From: Deltaproteobacteria bacterium
GTDB lineage: Bacteria; Desulfobacterota; Binatia; HRBIN30
Length of the DNA stretch: 48,042 nt
Direction of reading: 5' to 3'
NCBI GenBank assembly: GCA_017860575.1
Contig: JAGDMS010000003.1
Location: forward strand, 1-48,042
Positions 18,905 through 28,834 of the stretch are shown here, piece by piece. The notes under the pieces are model-generated. The model did not search any database. It worked only from the letters and a program-made list of their open reading frames with translations, and had not been told where the DNA came from. How positions within the stretch are numbered: the stretch's first letter is position 1; every line of letters begins with the position of its first letter. A program made the translations under genes and the position numbers.

Positions 18905-20059
18905 TCATGCTGGAATCCTTTGTGCGCGACGCGGCGGCATCGGAAGCGGGGGTTGGTGTGCGTGCAGGAACCAGCGATCGAGGACAACATGGCGCGCGAA
19001 TCGCGCGTTGCCAAAGAGTTTGCCCGCGACGGTTTGCAGCAAGGCACGCGGAAAGACGCGCCACACGTTCACACCGCCCCGGCGTGGTCCAAAGCGCGCA
19101 ACCACGCGTTGCTCGTACGGGGCAAGGGCGTCGGACCCGTACCTGCCATTGGCCTCGAGGATTGTCTGTGCGGCGAGCAGACCTGACTCGATCGCCGGCC
19201 GGATCCCTTCACCGCTGCGGCCATAGGCAAGTCCCGCCGCATCGCCGATCAGCAGCACCGCGTCGCCGTAGAGCGGCCGCTGCGCCTCCCCGTATAACAG
19301 ATAGGCGTGCCCCCGGAACTTCGCCGGCAATCCGGCGGGGATGGTCCCGCGCCGCTCGAGAAAATTGACGAACTGCGCCACGTGATCGGACAGCTGATGC
19401 GTATCCTGCCGGCCGAGCCCGATGTTGATGTACGCGCCCTTGCGAAACACCCAGCCGTAGCCCTTGAGGTCGCGCGTGAAGAACAGTTCGGGCACCTCGG
19501 GTTCGACCCGGCATGCCTGCTCCTGTTCGCGGCTCAGCGGAAACTCCGCCTCCTGGGCGGCCACGATCGGCTCACTGGCGGTGCGCAGGACGCCGAGCAT
19601 CTGTGCCACCGGGCAGAAGTGGCCGCCCGCCCCGACCAGTACCCGTGCGCGGATGTCGGCGTTCAAAACCCACTCGCTCCCCTCGCGGCGCAGGGAGTCC
19701 ACCTGATGTCCGAGTTGCAAGCGGGCACCCGATCGCCGCAGCAGGTAATCGTCGAATTCGCAACGCCGGATCCCGTAACTCACCGGAGTGGGGTAGCGGA
19801 CGTGGGATTCCGCGTCGCCCACGCGGCTGATGCGGAAGCCCCGGATGGCTTGCGCAGTGAGTCCGGCAGCCGCATAGGCGGTGAGGTCGAGGCCCAGCGC
19901 CGCCAGCACCTGCGGCGTGATCCAGCCGGCGCAGATCTTGTCACGCGGGAACGTTCGCCGGTCGCAAACCACCACGTCGAGCCCGGCCCGCCGTAGCCAC
20001 CACGCACACGACGAGCCTGCGGGCCCGCCGCCAACGATCAGGACGTCACACGCCGCCAC
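18905..20059 (-). CDS. Geranylgeranyl-reductase-family FAD oxidoreductase
   Basis: DVLIVGGGPAGS, FPRDKICAG, RCEFD, GYGWVF, IGDAAG...GEGI. Confidence 0.92.
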   Translation of the reverse strand: MAACDVLIVGGGPAGSSCAWWLRRAGLDVVVCDRRTFPRDKICAGWITPQVLAALGLDLTAYAAAGLTAQAIRGFRISRVGDAESHVRYPTPVSYGIRRCEFDDYLLRRSGARLQLGHQVDSLRREGSEWVLNADIRARVLVGAGGHFCPVAQMLGVLRTASEPIVAAQEAEFPLSREQEQACRVEPEVPELFFTRDLKGYGWVFRKGAYINIGLGRQDTHQLSDHVAQFVNFLERRGTIPAGLPAKFRGHAYLLYGEAQRPLYGDAVLLIGDAAGLAYGRSGEGIRPAIESGLLAAQTILEANGRYGSDALAPYEQRVVARFGPRRGGVNVWRVFPRALLQTVAGKLFGNARFARHVVLDRWFLHAHQPPLPMPPRRAQRIPA

Positions 20060-20079
20060 CGGCCCTCAGTGTCTCGCCG

Positions 20080-21327
20080 TCACTGGTAGAGATGTGCCCG
20101 CGTCCAGGGAATGTCGTTGTTGCTTCGTCGCGCGAAACTCACCTGGAACAGTTGCAACGAACCCATGCTGAACGCCGCCACCGATCCCGCGAGGTACAGG
20201 CGCCACGCCCGCACGAAGCGGTCGTCGAACATGGAAGCCACCCGGTCGGTCGCCCGCTCGAAGCGCGCCAGCCAGTGCCGCAGGGTCGCCGCGTAATGCA
20301 ATCGCAGGTTCTCAAGGTCGAGGACCGAGAAACCGTAGGGCTCAAGCACGGTCAGCATCTCGCGCAGGCTGGGCGGGTAGGCACCGGGGAAAATGTGTTT
20401 CTCGATCCACGCATTGAGGTGATCGGGCGCGTTCCGCCCGATGCTGTGCAGGAATCCGCGGCCATGGGACGCGAGGCACCCATCAATGACACGGCCGAGT
20501 TCGTCGAAGTGGTCGAGGCCCACATGCTCCAGCATGCCGACGGAGACAAAGGCGTCATAGTGCCCCGACACGTTGCGATAGTCGTCCTCGATGAACTCGA
20601 CCCGGTCGCTCAGCCGCTGCGCGCGGGCCTGTTCACGCGCATAGACGATCTGCTCGTGAGAGATGTTGAACGCCCGGACGAAGACGCCATGCTGGCGCGC
20701 CATGTACAAGGCCAGCGCGCCCCAACCGCAGCCCGCCTCGACGACACGATCACCGGGGCGCAGCCCGACCTTGCGGCACACGTGTTCCATCTTGGCCAAC
20801 TGTGCCTCCTCGAGCGATGCGGTGGGCGTCGGGAAGTAGGCGCAGGTGTAGACCATACGTTCGTCGAGCCAGAGCCGGTAGAACTCGTTGCTCAGATCGT
20901 AGTGACGGTGGATGTTGTCGCGCGAGCCACGTAGCGTGTTGGTATGCGCCCGCCGCGGCCGGCGCAGCAGTCGGCTTGCCCGCGGAGCGGCGGGCGCCCG
21001 CCCCAGCGCCTCCAGGAGACAGACGAGGTCGCCGTCCACCTGCAAGCGGCCGTCGGTGTACGCTTCGCCGAACTCGAGTTCCGGATTGTACATCAAACGC
21101 AGCAAGCTCCGGCGGTCACGAAGCCGGACCGTCGCCACTGGCTCCGTGTCGGTGGGGCACACACTGTCTCCGCTCCACAACGCCAAGCGCACCGGCGGGT
21201 TCCCCAGGGCCCCGAGGAACGTCCGCGCGAGCCACAACTCGGGAGACGGCTTGCTGACCGCCGCAACACCGCCGTTGCGCGACGATGGTTCACCCTCCGC
21301 CAACCGGACACGCGATGAGAACGGCAT
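20080..21327 (-). CDS. Cyclopropane-fatty-acyl-phospholipid synthase family SAM methyltransferase
   Basis: NIHRHYDLSN, YTCAYF, EAGCGWG, SVGMLEHVG, HIFPG, HYAATL..W; AAGGAGG RBS. Confidence 0.93.
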   Translation of the reverse strand: MPFSSRVRLAEGEPSSRNGGVAAVSKPSPELWLARTFLGALGNPPVRLALWSGDSVCPTDTEPVATVRLRDRRSLLRLMYNPELEFGEAYTDGRLQVDGDLVCLLEALGRAPAAPRASRLLRRPRRAHTNTLRGSRDNIHRHYDLSNEFYRLWLDERMVYTCAYFPTPTASLEEAQLAKMEHVCRKVGLRPGDRVVEAGCGWGALALYMARQHGVFVRAFNISHEQIVYAREQARAQRLSDRVEFIEDDYRNVSGHYDAFVSVGMLEHVGLDHFDELGRVIDGCLASHGRGFLHSIGRNAPDHLNAWIEKHIFPGAYPPSLREMLTVLEPYGFSVLDLENLRLHYAATLRHWLARFERATDRVASMFDDRFVRAWRLYLAGSVAAFSMGSLQLFQVSFARRSNNDIPWTRAHLYQ

Positions 21328-21555
21328 GCTCCTACCTCCTTGTGATCGTGGCGATTCTCACAAAGACTCACAACATGTTTGCCACAAAACGCCCGAACCG
21401 ACTAGTCCGGCGGAGGAAGGAACCGAGTTGAGATATGTGTCGCCAATCCGCTGGTCGAGATTGGCGCCCGGGTGACATGCCCGCGCGACTATAGCCCCGT
21501 GCACCGATGTGCTACGAGCAGCGGGGAGATACGCGATGACCCGGCGAGGGCTGCC

Positions 21556-22686
21556 ATGAAGTTCCTGCATACCGCCGATTGGCAGATCGGGATGCGAGCG
21601 GCCCATGTGGGTGCCGCTGGGGAGCGTGTGCGCGAGGAGCGGCTGGCCGCAGCGGCCCGGGTGATCGACGCGGCGCGGCACGCGGGCGCGGCGTTTGTCG
21701 TCGTTTGCGGGGACACGTTCGAGGACAACGGTGTCGAGCGTGTGCTGGTGCAGAGAGTTGCGGACCTTCTGGAGGCGTTTGGCGGACCCGTGTACGTGAT
21801 CCCGGGGAACCACGACCCGTTCATGCCAGGGTCGGTGTGGCAGCACCCCGCCTGGCGGTCGAGCCGCAACGTTCACGTTCTGCACGAGGAGACGCCGCGT
21901 GCTGTCCCGGGCGGGACGCTCTTCCCGTGCCCGGTGCGCGAGCCGCACTCCGGCAGGGATCCGACCGCCTGGATCCCCCCGGGCCCGCCGCAAGGAATTC
22001 GTGTCGGGCTGGCACACGGAACCGTGGAAGGGGTGTATCAAGAGGAGCCGGACTATCCGATTCCCCGCGATGCGGCAGTGCGCTTGGGGTTGGACTATCT
22101 CGGCATCGGGCACTGGCACTCGACGACGCTCTATCCGGGGCCGGACGGCGCGGTGCGCATGGCCTACGCGGGCACGCACGAGACCACGAAGTTCGGCGAA
22201 CGTGACAGTGGTAACGCGCTGCTGGTGGAGATTGCCGGTGCCGGCGCCACACCGGCGGTGACGCCGATCCGCACCGGCGGGTTGTCTTGGGTCGTCATCG
22301 AAGAGGCGGTGCGGGAACCGGGCGATCTGGGGCGCGTGCGCCATCGACTCGACGCCATCGAGACTCCCGACACCGCCCTGATTGACCTCCGGCTGAGCGG
22401 CCTGCTCTCGGCGCACGATCGCGACGAGCCGTCCCGCCTGGAGGAAATTCTGGCGTCGCGATTCCTCTACGGCCGGATCGACGCAACGCGCCTGCGGCCC
22501 TCACCCGCCGATGACAGCTGGATCGTCGGCCTGCCCGCCGGGGTGCTGCGTGAGGCCGCGACCACCTTGCGCGCGTTGGCCGATCCGGCGTTCGCCGGCC
22601 CCCGGCCCGAGGGCGCGTCGTCGCCAGAGGTGGCCGGCCGGGCCCTGCTGGAATTGTGTGCGTTGCTCGACGAAGGTGACACGTGA
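21556..22686 (+). CDS. Mre11/SbcD-like metallophosphoesterase nuclease
   Basis: HTADWQIG, GDTFE, PGNHD, LAHG, GHWH, YAGTHE. Confidence 0.92.
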   Translation: MKFLHTADWQIGMRAAHVGAAGERVREERLAAAARVIDAARHAGAAFVVVCGDTFEDNGVERVLVQRVADLLEAFGGPVYVIPGNHDPFMPGSVWQHPAWRSSRNVHVLHEETPRAVPGGTLFPCPVREPHSGRDPTAWIPPGPPQGIRVGLAHGTVEGVYQEEPDYPIPRDAAVRLGLDYLGIGHWHSTTLYPGPDGAVRMAYAGTHETTKFGERDSGNALLVEIAGAGATPAVTPIRTGGLSWVVIEEAVREPGDLGRVRHRLDAIETPDTALIDLRLSGLLSAHDRDEPSRLEEILASRFLYGRIDATRLRPSPADDSWIVGLPAGVLREAATTLRALADPAFAGPRPEGASSPEVAGRALLELCALLDEGDT

Positions 22687-25403
22687 TCTTACGCTCGCTT
22701 CGTGTCCAGGGGTGGCGGTGCTTTGCCAATCCCGTCCATGTCGGACCGTTTGCGGACGGACTGAATGTGCTGCACGCCCCGAACGCAACCGGGAAATCGA
22801 CGCTGTTTGAGGCGCTGCTGCACGGGCTACTCGACGGACACCGCGTCGGCGGGCGCGAGGTCGAGTGCTTGCGGCCGTGGGGGCGGGTGTTGGCGCCGGC
22901 GGTGACAGTGGAGTTTCGCGACGGCGGCGTCGACTACCGCGTCACAAAGCAGTTCCTCGACCGTGCGTCGGCGGAACTGGAGCGCCGCGAGGGTGGACGG
23001 TGGATCCGCCTGGCCGCGGGGGACGCGGCGGATCAACGCGTACGCGAGCTGCTGACGCGCACAACTCCCGGACGTGGGTTGGCGCGGACGGAGCACTGGG
23101 GACTCGCCCAGGTGTTGTGGGCGCCACAAGGAGAGCTGGCGATCCCGAAGCTGTCCGGCGATCTGGTCGCCGACGTCCGCGCGGCGCTCGGCGCCCAGGT
23201 GTCCGGCCCGGGCAGCGGGCCGCTCGAAGCCCGCATCACGGCGGCCTACCTGCGCTGCTACACCCCAACCGGTCAACTCAAGCGGGGCAAGGACGCACCG
23301 CCCGTCGTGCGCCTGCGGCAGGACCTGGAATCGGCGCGGGCGGCGCAGCGCGCCGCTGCCGAGCAGCACCAGCTTTTCGAAGAGACCGCCCGCCGCCTGG
23401 AGGACCTGCAGGCCCGCCGGGAGCACGCCAGGCGCGATGCCGCGGCGCTGGTCAAGGCGCTGGACGCCGCCCGTGGACGCACGGAGACGCACAAGGCCTT
23501 GCTGTCAGAAAAGGCCCAGCGCACGGAGCGCGCGCGGGCGGCGGAGGCGCAGCACGGCGAATTGCACCAGCGCATCGCGGCGATTACGGCGGCGGATCGG
23601 GACCTGCGGAGTGCGCGTCAGGAACTGGGCCGCCTCGATACGGAGTGGCCGGCGCGGGTGCGCGAGGCGGACGCGTGCGCGCGGGCGCTGGCAGAGGCAA
23701 AGGCGCGGGTCGAGGACGTCCGCAGGATGCGTGACCTCGTCGAAGCTGCCGCGCAGCAGGCGGCGGTGGCGCGGCGCTACCGCGAGCACCTGGACCGGGC
23801 GGCCGCGTTGGATGATCGGCTGCGTCGCATCGCCACGGCGACGGCGGCACGCGCGCACCACCAGCAGGCGCGCCGCCGTCTGATGGCCCCGGATGCGAAT
23901 ACGCTGCGGGCCATCCGGACAGCGATCAAGCAGTGTGACGATACACGGATCCGCTTCGAGGCCGCCCTGATCACGCTCGAAATTGTCCCCGCCCACGGTG
24001 GTGAGATCCTGGTGATCGCCGGTGAACCGCCGGGCCCGAGGGAGCTGGCCGCGGGGGTGCCGATGCGCATCGCCGGTTCGCCCGAGGTTGTCGTCGATCT
24101 TCCCAGCGTCGCGCGCCTGCGCGCCCGCGGACCCGCCGGTTCGATCGCGGAGATCCGGACCGAACACGAGCGGGCGGTGCGCCGACTGCAGACGCTGACG
24201 GAGGAATTCGACACCACGGACATCGAAAGGCTCGAGACCTTACACGAGCAGGCCCGGACCCTGGACGCCGCGGTTGCAGCGGCCGAAACCTTGATTGACA
24301 CGCTGTGCGCCGGGGACACGGTCGAACGCCTCGAAGCCGAGCGCGCCAGCAGCGCCGCCATCGTCACGCACCTGGACGAGAGCCATCCGGACTGGGCCGA
24401 CGCGCCCCCCGACGCGGAAGCCCTACGCCAGGCCGCGGAGTCACAGCGGCGGCTGTTCGTGGAGGCGATCGATGCGGCGGAGGCGGAACAGGAACGCGCA
24501 CAGGCGGCGCTGAACCTCGTGTTCGAGCGGCGCGCGGCAGTGACGGCACAGCGCGAAGCGATGCAGCGGCACGAACGCACGTTGGCGGCACAGTTGGACG
24601 ACCTCACCAACGACGGTCAGGACGCCGCGGAGCGCCACCAAGCCCTGCGCCGCTTCGCCCTGGCGTGGACTGCGGCTCGGGCTGAGTTGGAGACGATCCA
24701 ACAGCAACTCGCAGATTTCGGTGACGATCCCGCCGCGGTGGTGGCGACGTTGGAAAATCAATTGCAGGCTGCCGATGCCAGGGCCACCGCGGCACTCGAG
24801 CAGGAAAAGAGCGAAGAAGGCCGCCTGTCCCAGCTGGCAATGCAGGGCCCGTACACGGCGCTGGCGCGGGCGGACGAAACCGTTGCCCGCTTGGAGCGCG
24901 AGACCGCCACGGAAGCGCTCAGAGTGGCAGCGATCCGCTTGCTGCACGACACCGTCGCGCAGTGCCGCAGCGCGGCCATCGCCGCGGTGGCAGGACCGGT
25001 CGAGGCGGCCGCCACACGCACCGTCCAGCGCATTGCCGGGTACCGCCTCGGCCACGTGCAGCTGAGTGACACCTTCGAACCGGTGCATGTGCTCCCGACC
25101 ACGGCCACGGCGCCGGTACCACTCGAAAGCATGTCGGGGGGCGAGCGCGAGCAGATCGCCCTGGCCACACGACTGGCGCTCGCCGAGGTGCTCGCCAAGG
25201 GCGACCGTCAACTCGTGGTGCTGGACGATGTACTGGTGGCGACCGACACGGCCCGCCTGGCACGTGTGCTGCGCGTGCTCGAGGAGGCGGCACAGCGACT
25301 GCAGCTCTTGATTCTGACCTGCCACCCCGAGCGCTACGCCGGGCTCGAGGGCTCCACGTTCTTCGACCTGGAACGCATCTTGCGTGAGCAGCCGGCAGCG
25401 TGA
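22683..25403 (+). CDS. Rad50/SbcC-like SMC-family ATPase (YhaN/Rv1278-like)
   Basis: Walker A APNATGKST, long coiled coils, signature MSGGE, Walker B VVLDD, H-loop LTCH; GTGA overlap with the nuclease gene. Confidence 0.9.
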   Translation: MILRSLRVQGWRCFANPVHVGPFADGLNVLHAPNATGKSTLFEALLHGLLDGHRVGGREVECLRPWGRVLAPAVTVEFRDGGVDYRVTKQFLDRASAELERREGGRWIRLAAGDAADQRVRELLTRTTPGRGLARTEHWGLAQVLWAPQGELAIPKLSGDLVADVRAALGAQVSGPGSGPLEARITAAYLRCYTPTGQLKRGKDAPPVVRLRQDLESARAAQRAAAEQHQLFEETARRLEDLQARREHARRDAAALVKALDAARGRTETHKALLSEKAQRTERARAAEAQHGELHQRIAAITAADRDLRSARQELGRLDTEWPARVREADACARALAEAKARVEDVRRMRDLVEAAAQQAAVARRYREHLDRAAALDDRLRRIATATAARAHHQQARRRLMAPDANTLRAIRTAIKQCDDTRIRFEAALITLEIVPAHGGEILVIAGEPPGPRELAAGVPMRIAGSPEVVVDLPSVARLRARGPAGSIAEIRTEHERAVRRLQTLTEEFDTTDIERLETLHEQARTLDAAVAAAETLIDTLCAGDTVERLEAERASSAAIVTHLDESHPDWADAPPDAEALRQAAESQRRLFVEAIDAAEAEQERAQAALNLVFERRAAVTAQREAMQRHERTLAAQLDDLTNDGQDAAERHQALRRFALAWTAARAELETIQQQLADFGDDPAAVVATLENQLQAADARATAALEQEKSEEGRLSQLAMQGPYTALARADETVARLERETATEALRVAAIRLLHDTVAQCRSAAIAAVAGPVEAAATRTVQRIAGYRLGHVQLSDTFEPVHVLPTTATAPVPLESMSGGEREQIALATRLALAEVLAKGDRQLVVLDDVLVATDTARLARVLRVLEEAAQRLQLLILTCHPERYAGLEGSTFFDLERILREQPAA

Positions 25404-25494
25404 GGGACCGTCGACAGACCCTCGAGGCCGGGGCGGGGGGCCATGTGCACTTGAACCAACAGCGCAGGTCCGCTACTTCGCACACTGCCGGCAC

Positions 25495-27879
25495 ATGAAA
25501 AAAGCAAGAAAGGCTGCCACAGCGGGAGCGGTGCACGCGCCGGCGGTGAACGATGCACGCTGGCACGCGTTGCTCAACGCGGTGCGCGATGCAATCGTCA
25601 GCATCGACGACGCCGGGCGCATCACGCTGTTCAACCCTACAGCGGAGCGCATGTTCGGCTACCGGGCCGAGGAAATCCTGGGCCGCAGCATTGAACTGTT
25701 GATGCCGCCGCCCTATCGCGAAAGACACGCGCAGCACGTGCGCGAGTACCGCGAAACCGGCAACCCGAAGGCCATCGGTCGGATTCGGAAGCTGCACGCG
25801 CTGCGGAAAAACGGCGAGGTGTTCCCCATCGAGCTATCGCTGTCGGAAATTCGGGCGGATAACCAGTTGGCGTATTCGGCCGTGATTCGCGACATCACGG
25901 AACGGGAAGCCACCGAGGAGGCGCTCCGGCGGGAACGGGATTTTGCGGAACGGCTGCTCGAGACGGCGCAGGTCATTGTTTTGGTGCTCGACATCGACGG
26001 CCGCCTCGTCCGCTTCAATCGCCAGATGGAACGCATCTCCGGCTATCGTTTGGACGCGGTCAGGGGCGCCGACTGGGTTTCGACGTTTGTGCCACCGCGC
26101 GAGCAGCAACGCATGCGCGAGGCGTTTGCCGTATCCGCCAACGACGTGTCCACGCAGGCGCACGTCGGTACCGTCATCACCAAGAACGGAACCGAACGCT
26201 TGATCGAGTGGTACGCCAATAGCCTCAAGGATCACGACGGCAACGTTTTCGGCATGCTCGCTATTGGCCAGGACGTGACGGAGCGACAGCGGGCGGAGCG
26301 CCGATTGGTATCACAGTACGCGGTGACGCGGGTACTGGCCGGCTCGGTATCCTTGCAGGAAGCGACGGCGGCGGTTTTGCAGTCGTTGTGCGAAGCAACG
26401 GGGTGGGAATTCGGCGAGCTGTGGTGTCTGGATCGCGAACTCGACTCCCTGACGTGGCGGGGAGCGTGGCACACGCCGACGCTTGACACGACGGAGCTCG
26501 AGGCCGCGAGCCGCGGCATGCATTTGACTGCGGGACAAGGCTTGCCAGGGCGGGCCTTTGCGAGTGGTCGGCCGGCGTGGGTTGGGGATGTGACGACACT
26601 GCTTCAGTCCGTGCGTGCGCCGATCGCCGCCAAGCTGGGACTGCGCTCGGCCTTTGCCTTCCCCCTGCGTGCGCGGGGGATGGTCATCGGCGTCATTACC
26701 TTCTACTGCCGCGACAACCGGCCGCCGGACAACGAGTTGCTGCAGATGTTGGATGCAGTCGGCAGCCAGATCGGCGACTTTATCGAACGGAAGCGCGCAG
26801 AAGAAGACCTGATGCGCATGAGCAAGGCGATCGAGAGCACCAGTGACGGCGTGTGCATGGCCGACCTCAACAAACGCTCGATCTATCACAACCAGGCCTT
26901 TGCGAATTTGTTCGGTTACAACCGGCAGACGCTCAACGCCGCGGGGGGCCCGCCCGCTTTGTTTGCGAACGCAGCGACCGCCGCCAAGGTGTTCGGGACA
27001 CTGGAAAAGGGCCGGTCCTGGAGCGGCGAGGTCGATATGAAGTCCGCGGACGGCCGCCTGATTCCCGCCCTGCTGCGCGCAGACCGTATTGTCGACGAGA
27101 CCGGCATCCTGGTGGGCTTCATTGGGACCTGTACCGACATGACGGAACGCCGGCGCGCGGAGGCCGAACTGCAGGACCTGCAGAAACGGTCGTTGCAACG
27201 CGAACGGTTGGCGGATATCGGTGCCATCACGGCCAAGCTTGTCCATGACATCGGCAACCCCTTGGCGGGCCTGTCCATGCAGGCACAGCTCGTCCTGCGC
27301 CGCGTGCGCTTGAACGAAACCGGAGACAGCCTCCTGCGCCCCGCGGAAAAGATCGTCTCGGAGGTGCACCGGCTCGAGGGCCTGATCAACGAATTCCGGG
27401 AATTTTCGCGCGAGCAGCGCTTGCACCGCCAGGCCATCGACATCCCGCGCTTCCTGCGTGAGGTCGTGGATTTGTGGCAGCCCGTTGCCCGCCCACACGC
27501 CATCACGATCTCCCTGGAGTCGCCGATCGATGTGCCAACAATTCAGGCAGACCCGGACAAGCTCCGCCGCGTCTTCGACAATCTGGTGAAGAACGCGGTG
27601 GAAGCCATCGAACCGGGACCGGGGCAGGTGACCATTCACGTCGCTCTTCCCATCCCCGGTAAGCTGCGTATCTCCGTTGAGGATTCCGGTCCCGGAATTC
27701 CGGAATCGGTGGACGTCTTCCATTTGTTTGAGACAACAAAGTCGCAGGGCTCCGGCCTCGGCCTCACCATTGCTAGGGAAATAGTGCTGGCGCACGGCGG
27801 GAGCATTGCATTTGTCCCAAGACAGCCCCACGGTACGATCTTCCACGTCGACCTCCCGGTCGACAGACCGATTGTGTGA
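25495..27879 (+). CDS. Cytoplasmic PAS-PAS-GAF-PAS sensor histidine kinase
   Basis: PAS motifs (RDITER, QDVTER, TDMTER), GAF (GLPGR..AFAFPL), H-box VHDIGNPL, NLVKNA, DSGPGI, GSGLGL; no TM segments. Confidence 0.93.
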   Translation: MKKARKAATAGAVHAPAVNDARWHALLNAVRDAIVSIDDAGRITLFNPTAERMFGYRAEEILGRSIELLMPPPYRERHAQHVREYRETGNPKAIGRIRKLHALRKNGEVFPIELSLSEIRADNQLAYSAVIRDITEREATEEALRRERDFAERLLETAQVIVLVLDIDGRLVRFNRQMERISGYRLDAVRGADWVSTFVPPREQQRMREAFAVSANDVSTQAHVGTVITKNGTERLIEWYANSLKDHDGNVFGMLAIGQDVTERQRAERRLVSQYAVTRVLAGSVSLQEATAAVLQSLCEATGWEFGELWCLDRELDSLTWRGAWHTPTLDTTELEAASRGMHLTAGQGLPGRAFASGRPAWVGDVTTLLQSVRAPIAAKLGLRSAFAFPLRARGMVIGVITFYCRDNRPPDNELLQMLDAVGSQIGDFIERKRAEEDLMRMSKAIESTSDGVCMADLNKRSIYHNQAFANLFGYNRQTLNAAGGPPALFANAATAAKVFGTLEKGRSWSGEVDMKSADGRLIPALLRADRIVDETGILVGFIGTCTDMTERRRAEAELQDLQKRSLQRERLADIGAITAKLVHDIGNPLAGLSMQAQLVLRRVRLNETGDSLLRPAEKIVSEVHRLEGLINEFREFSREQRLHRQAIDIPRFLREVVDLWQPVARPHAITISLESPIDVPTIQADPDKLRRVFDNLVKNAVEAIEPGPGQVTIHVALPIPGKLRISVEDSGPGIPESVDVFHLFETTKSQGSGLGLTIAREIVLAHGGSIAFVPRQPHGTIFHVDLPVDRPIV

Positions 27880-28246
27880 CACCATTCGGGTGCTGCTCGT
27901 CGATCCGGACGAGTGCTTCCGTAACGGCCTGGCCGAAAACCTGCGAGACGATGGGCACACGGTGTTTGAGTGTGCCGCCGCCAGTGAGGTCCCGCCGGTG
28001 GGAAGCATGGGTGGCATCACGACTGCCGTGCTGGACTTTTCGCCCGGCAACAGCGACGGACTGGCGCTCGCTGATGCCATCCATCAAGCATGTCCCACCG
28101 CCGCAATCATCCTGATCACCCCATGCTGGTCAGAGGGGAACGACGTCGCGCCGTCGCCACGGCCGTTCCTGCACGTACAATCGCGGCCGCTCGATTACAC
28201 GATCTTGCACGACCTGATTCACCGCCTCGGCCCCGATCGGTTGTAG
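27872..28246 (+). CDS. Single-domain response regulator receiver (atypical)
   Basis: RVLLVDPD, AVLDFS, DGLAL, IILIT; conserved Lys replaced by Arg (SRPLD); probable TTG start overlapping the kinase stop. Confidence 0.75.
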   Translation: MCDTIRVLLVDPDECFRNGLAENLRDDGHTVFECAAASEVPPVGSMGGITTAVLDFSPGNSDGLALADAIHQACPTAAIILITPCWSEGNDVAPSPRPFLHVQSRPLDYTILHDLIHRLGPDRL

Positions 28247-28316
28247 CGGTGGCCGCTTGATTGTAGCCTGATCCCAGTTAGAACCGAGGGAACACCTGCT
28301 ATTGGGAGGAGGGCCC

Positions 28317-28787
28317 ATGGACACCGCGAGAACGCGTGCCGTACTGACGGTCCTGCTGCTGGTGACGGCGCTACAGAGTGCGCCATCGCAGGCGCAGCTT
28401 GCACCCGCCATCCAGGCAGAGCTGGCGCGCAGCAAGTACGTCTACATCGCCACGACTCGAAAAGATGGCAGTCTCGGCAAAGCGGCTGAAATCTGGTTTC
28501 TGTACCACAACGGGGCGGTGTACGTGGCCTCGCCGCCGACCGCCTGGCGTGTCCGCCGCATCAAGGCTGGGCGCCCGGGAGCGAAGATCGCGGTCGGTAA
28601 ACCCGATGGCCCGTCCTTCATTGCCACTGGAACCGTGGTCAACGAGCCCGAGACCTACCCGATCCTGTTCGAGACCTATGCCAAGAAATACCCCGACGGC
28701 TGGCCAAGATTCGAGGAAAAATTCCGTAGCGGGCTCAAAGATGGCAGCCGCGTACTGATCAGGTACACGCCGGACCAACGTCAATAG
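28317..28787 (+). CDS. Secreted PPOX/split-barrel-like protein
   Basis: GGGAGGAG RBS; signal peptide; YIATTRKDG...EIWF, WRVRRI, YAKKY. Confidence 0.7.
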   Translation: MDTARTRAVLTVLLLVTALQSAPSQAQLAPAIQAELARSKYVYIATTRKDGSLGKAAEIWFLYHNGAVYVASPPTAWRVRRIKAGRPGAKIAVGKPDGPSFIATGTVVNEPETYPILFETYAKKYPDGWPRFEEKFRSGLKDGSRVLIRYTPDQRQ

Positions 28788-28834
28788 TCGAGAGCCACGA
28801 GTCGAGTGTAGGCCGCCAGAGGAGCAACGCGGGC

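Noticed and set aside
18331-19368. 345-aa ORF as a real gene
   Set aside because: Only 18652-18875 is protein-like (HD remnant); the rest overlaps neighbouring genes
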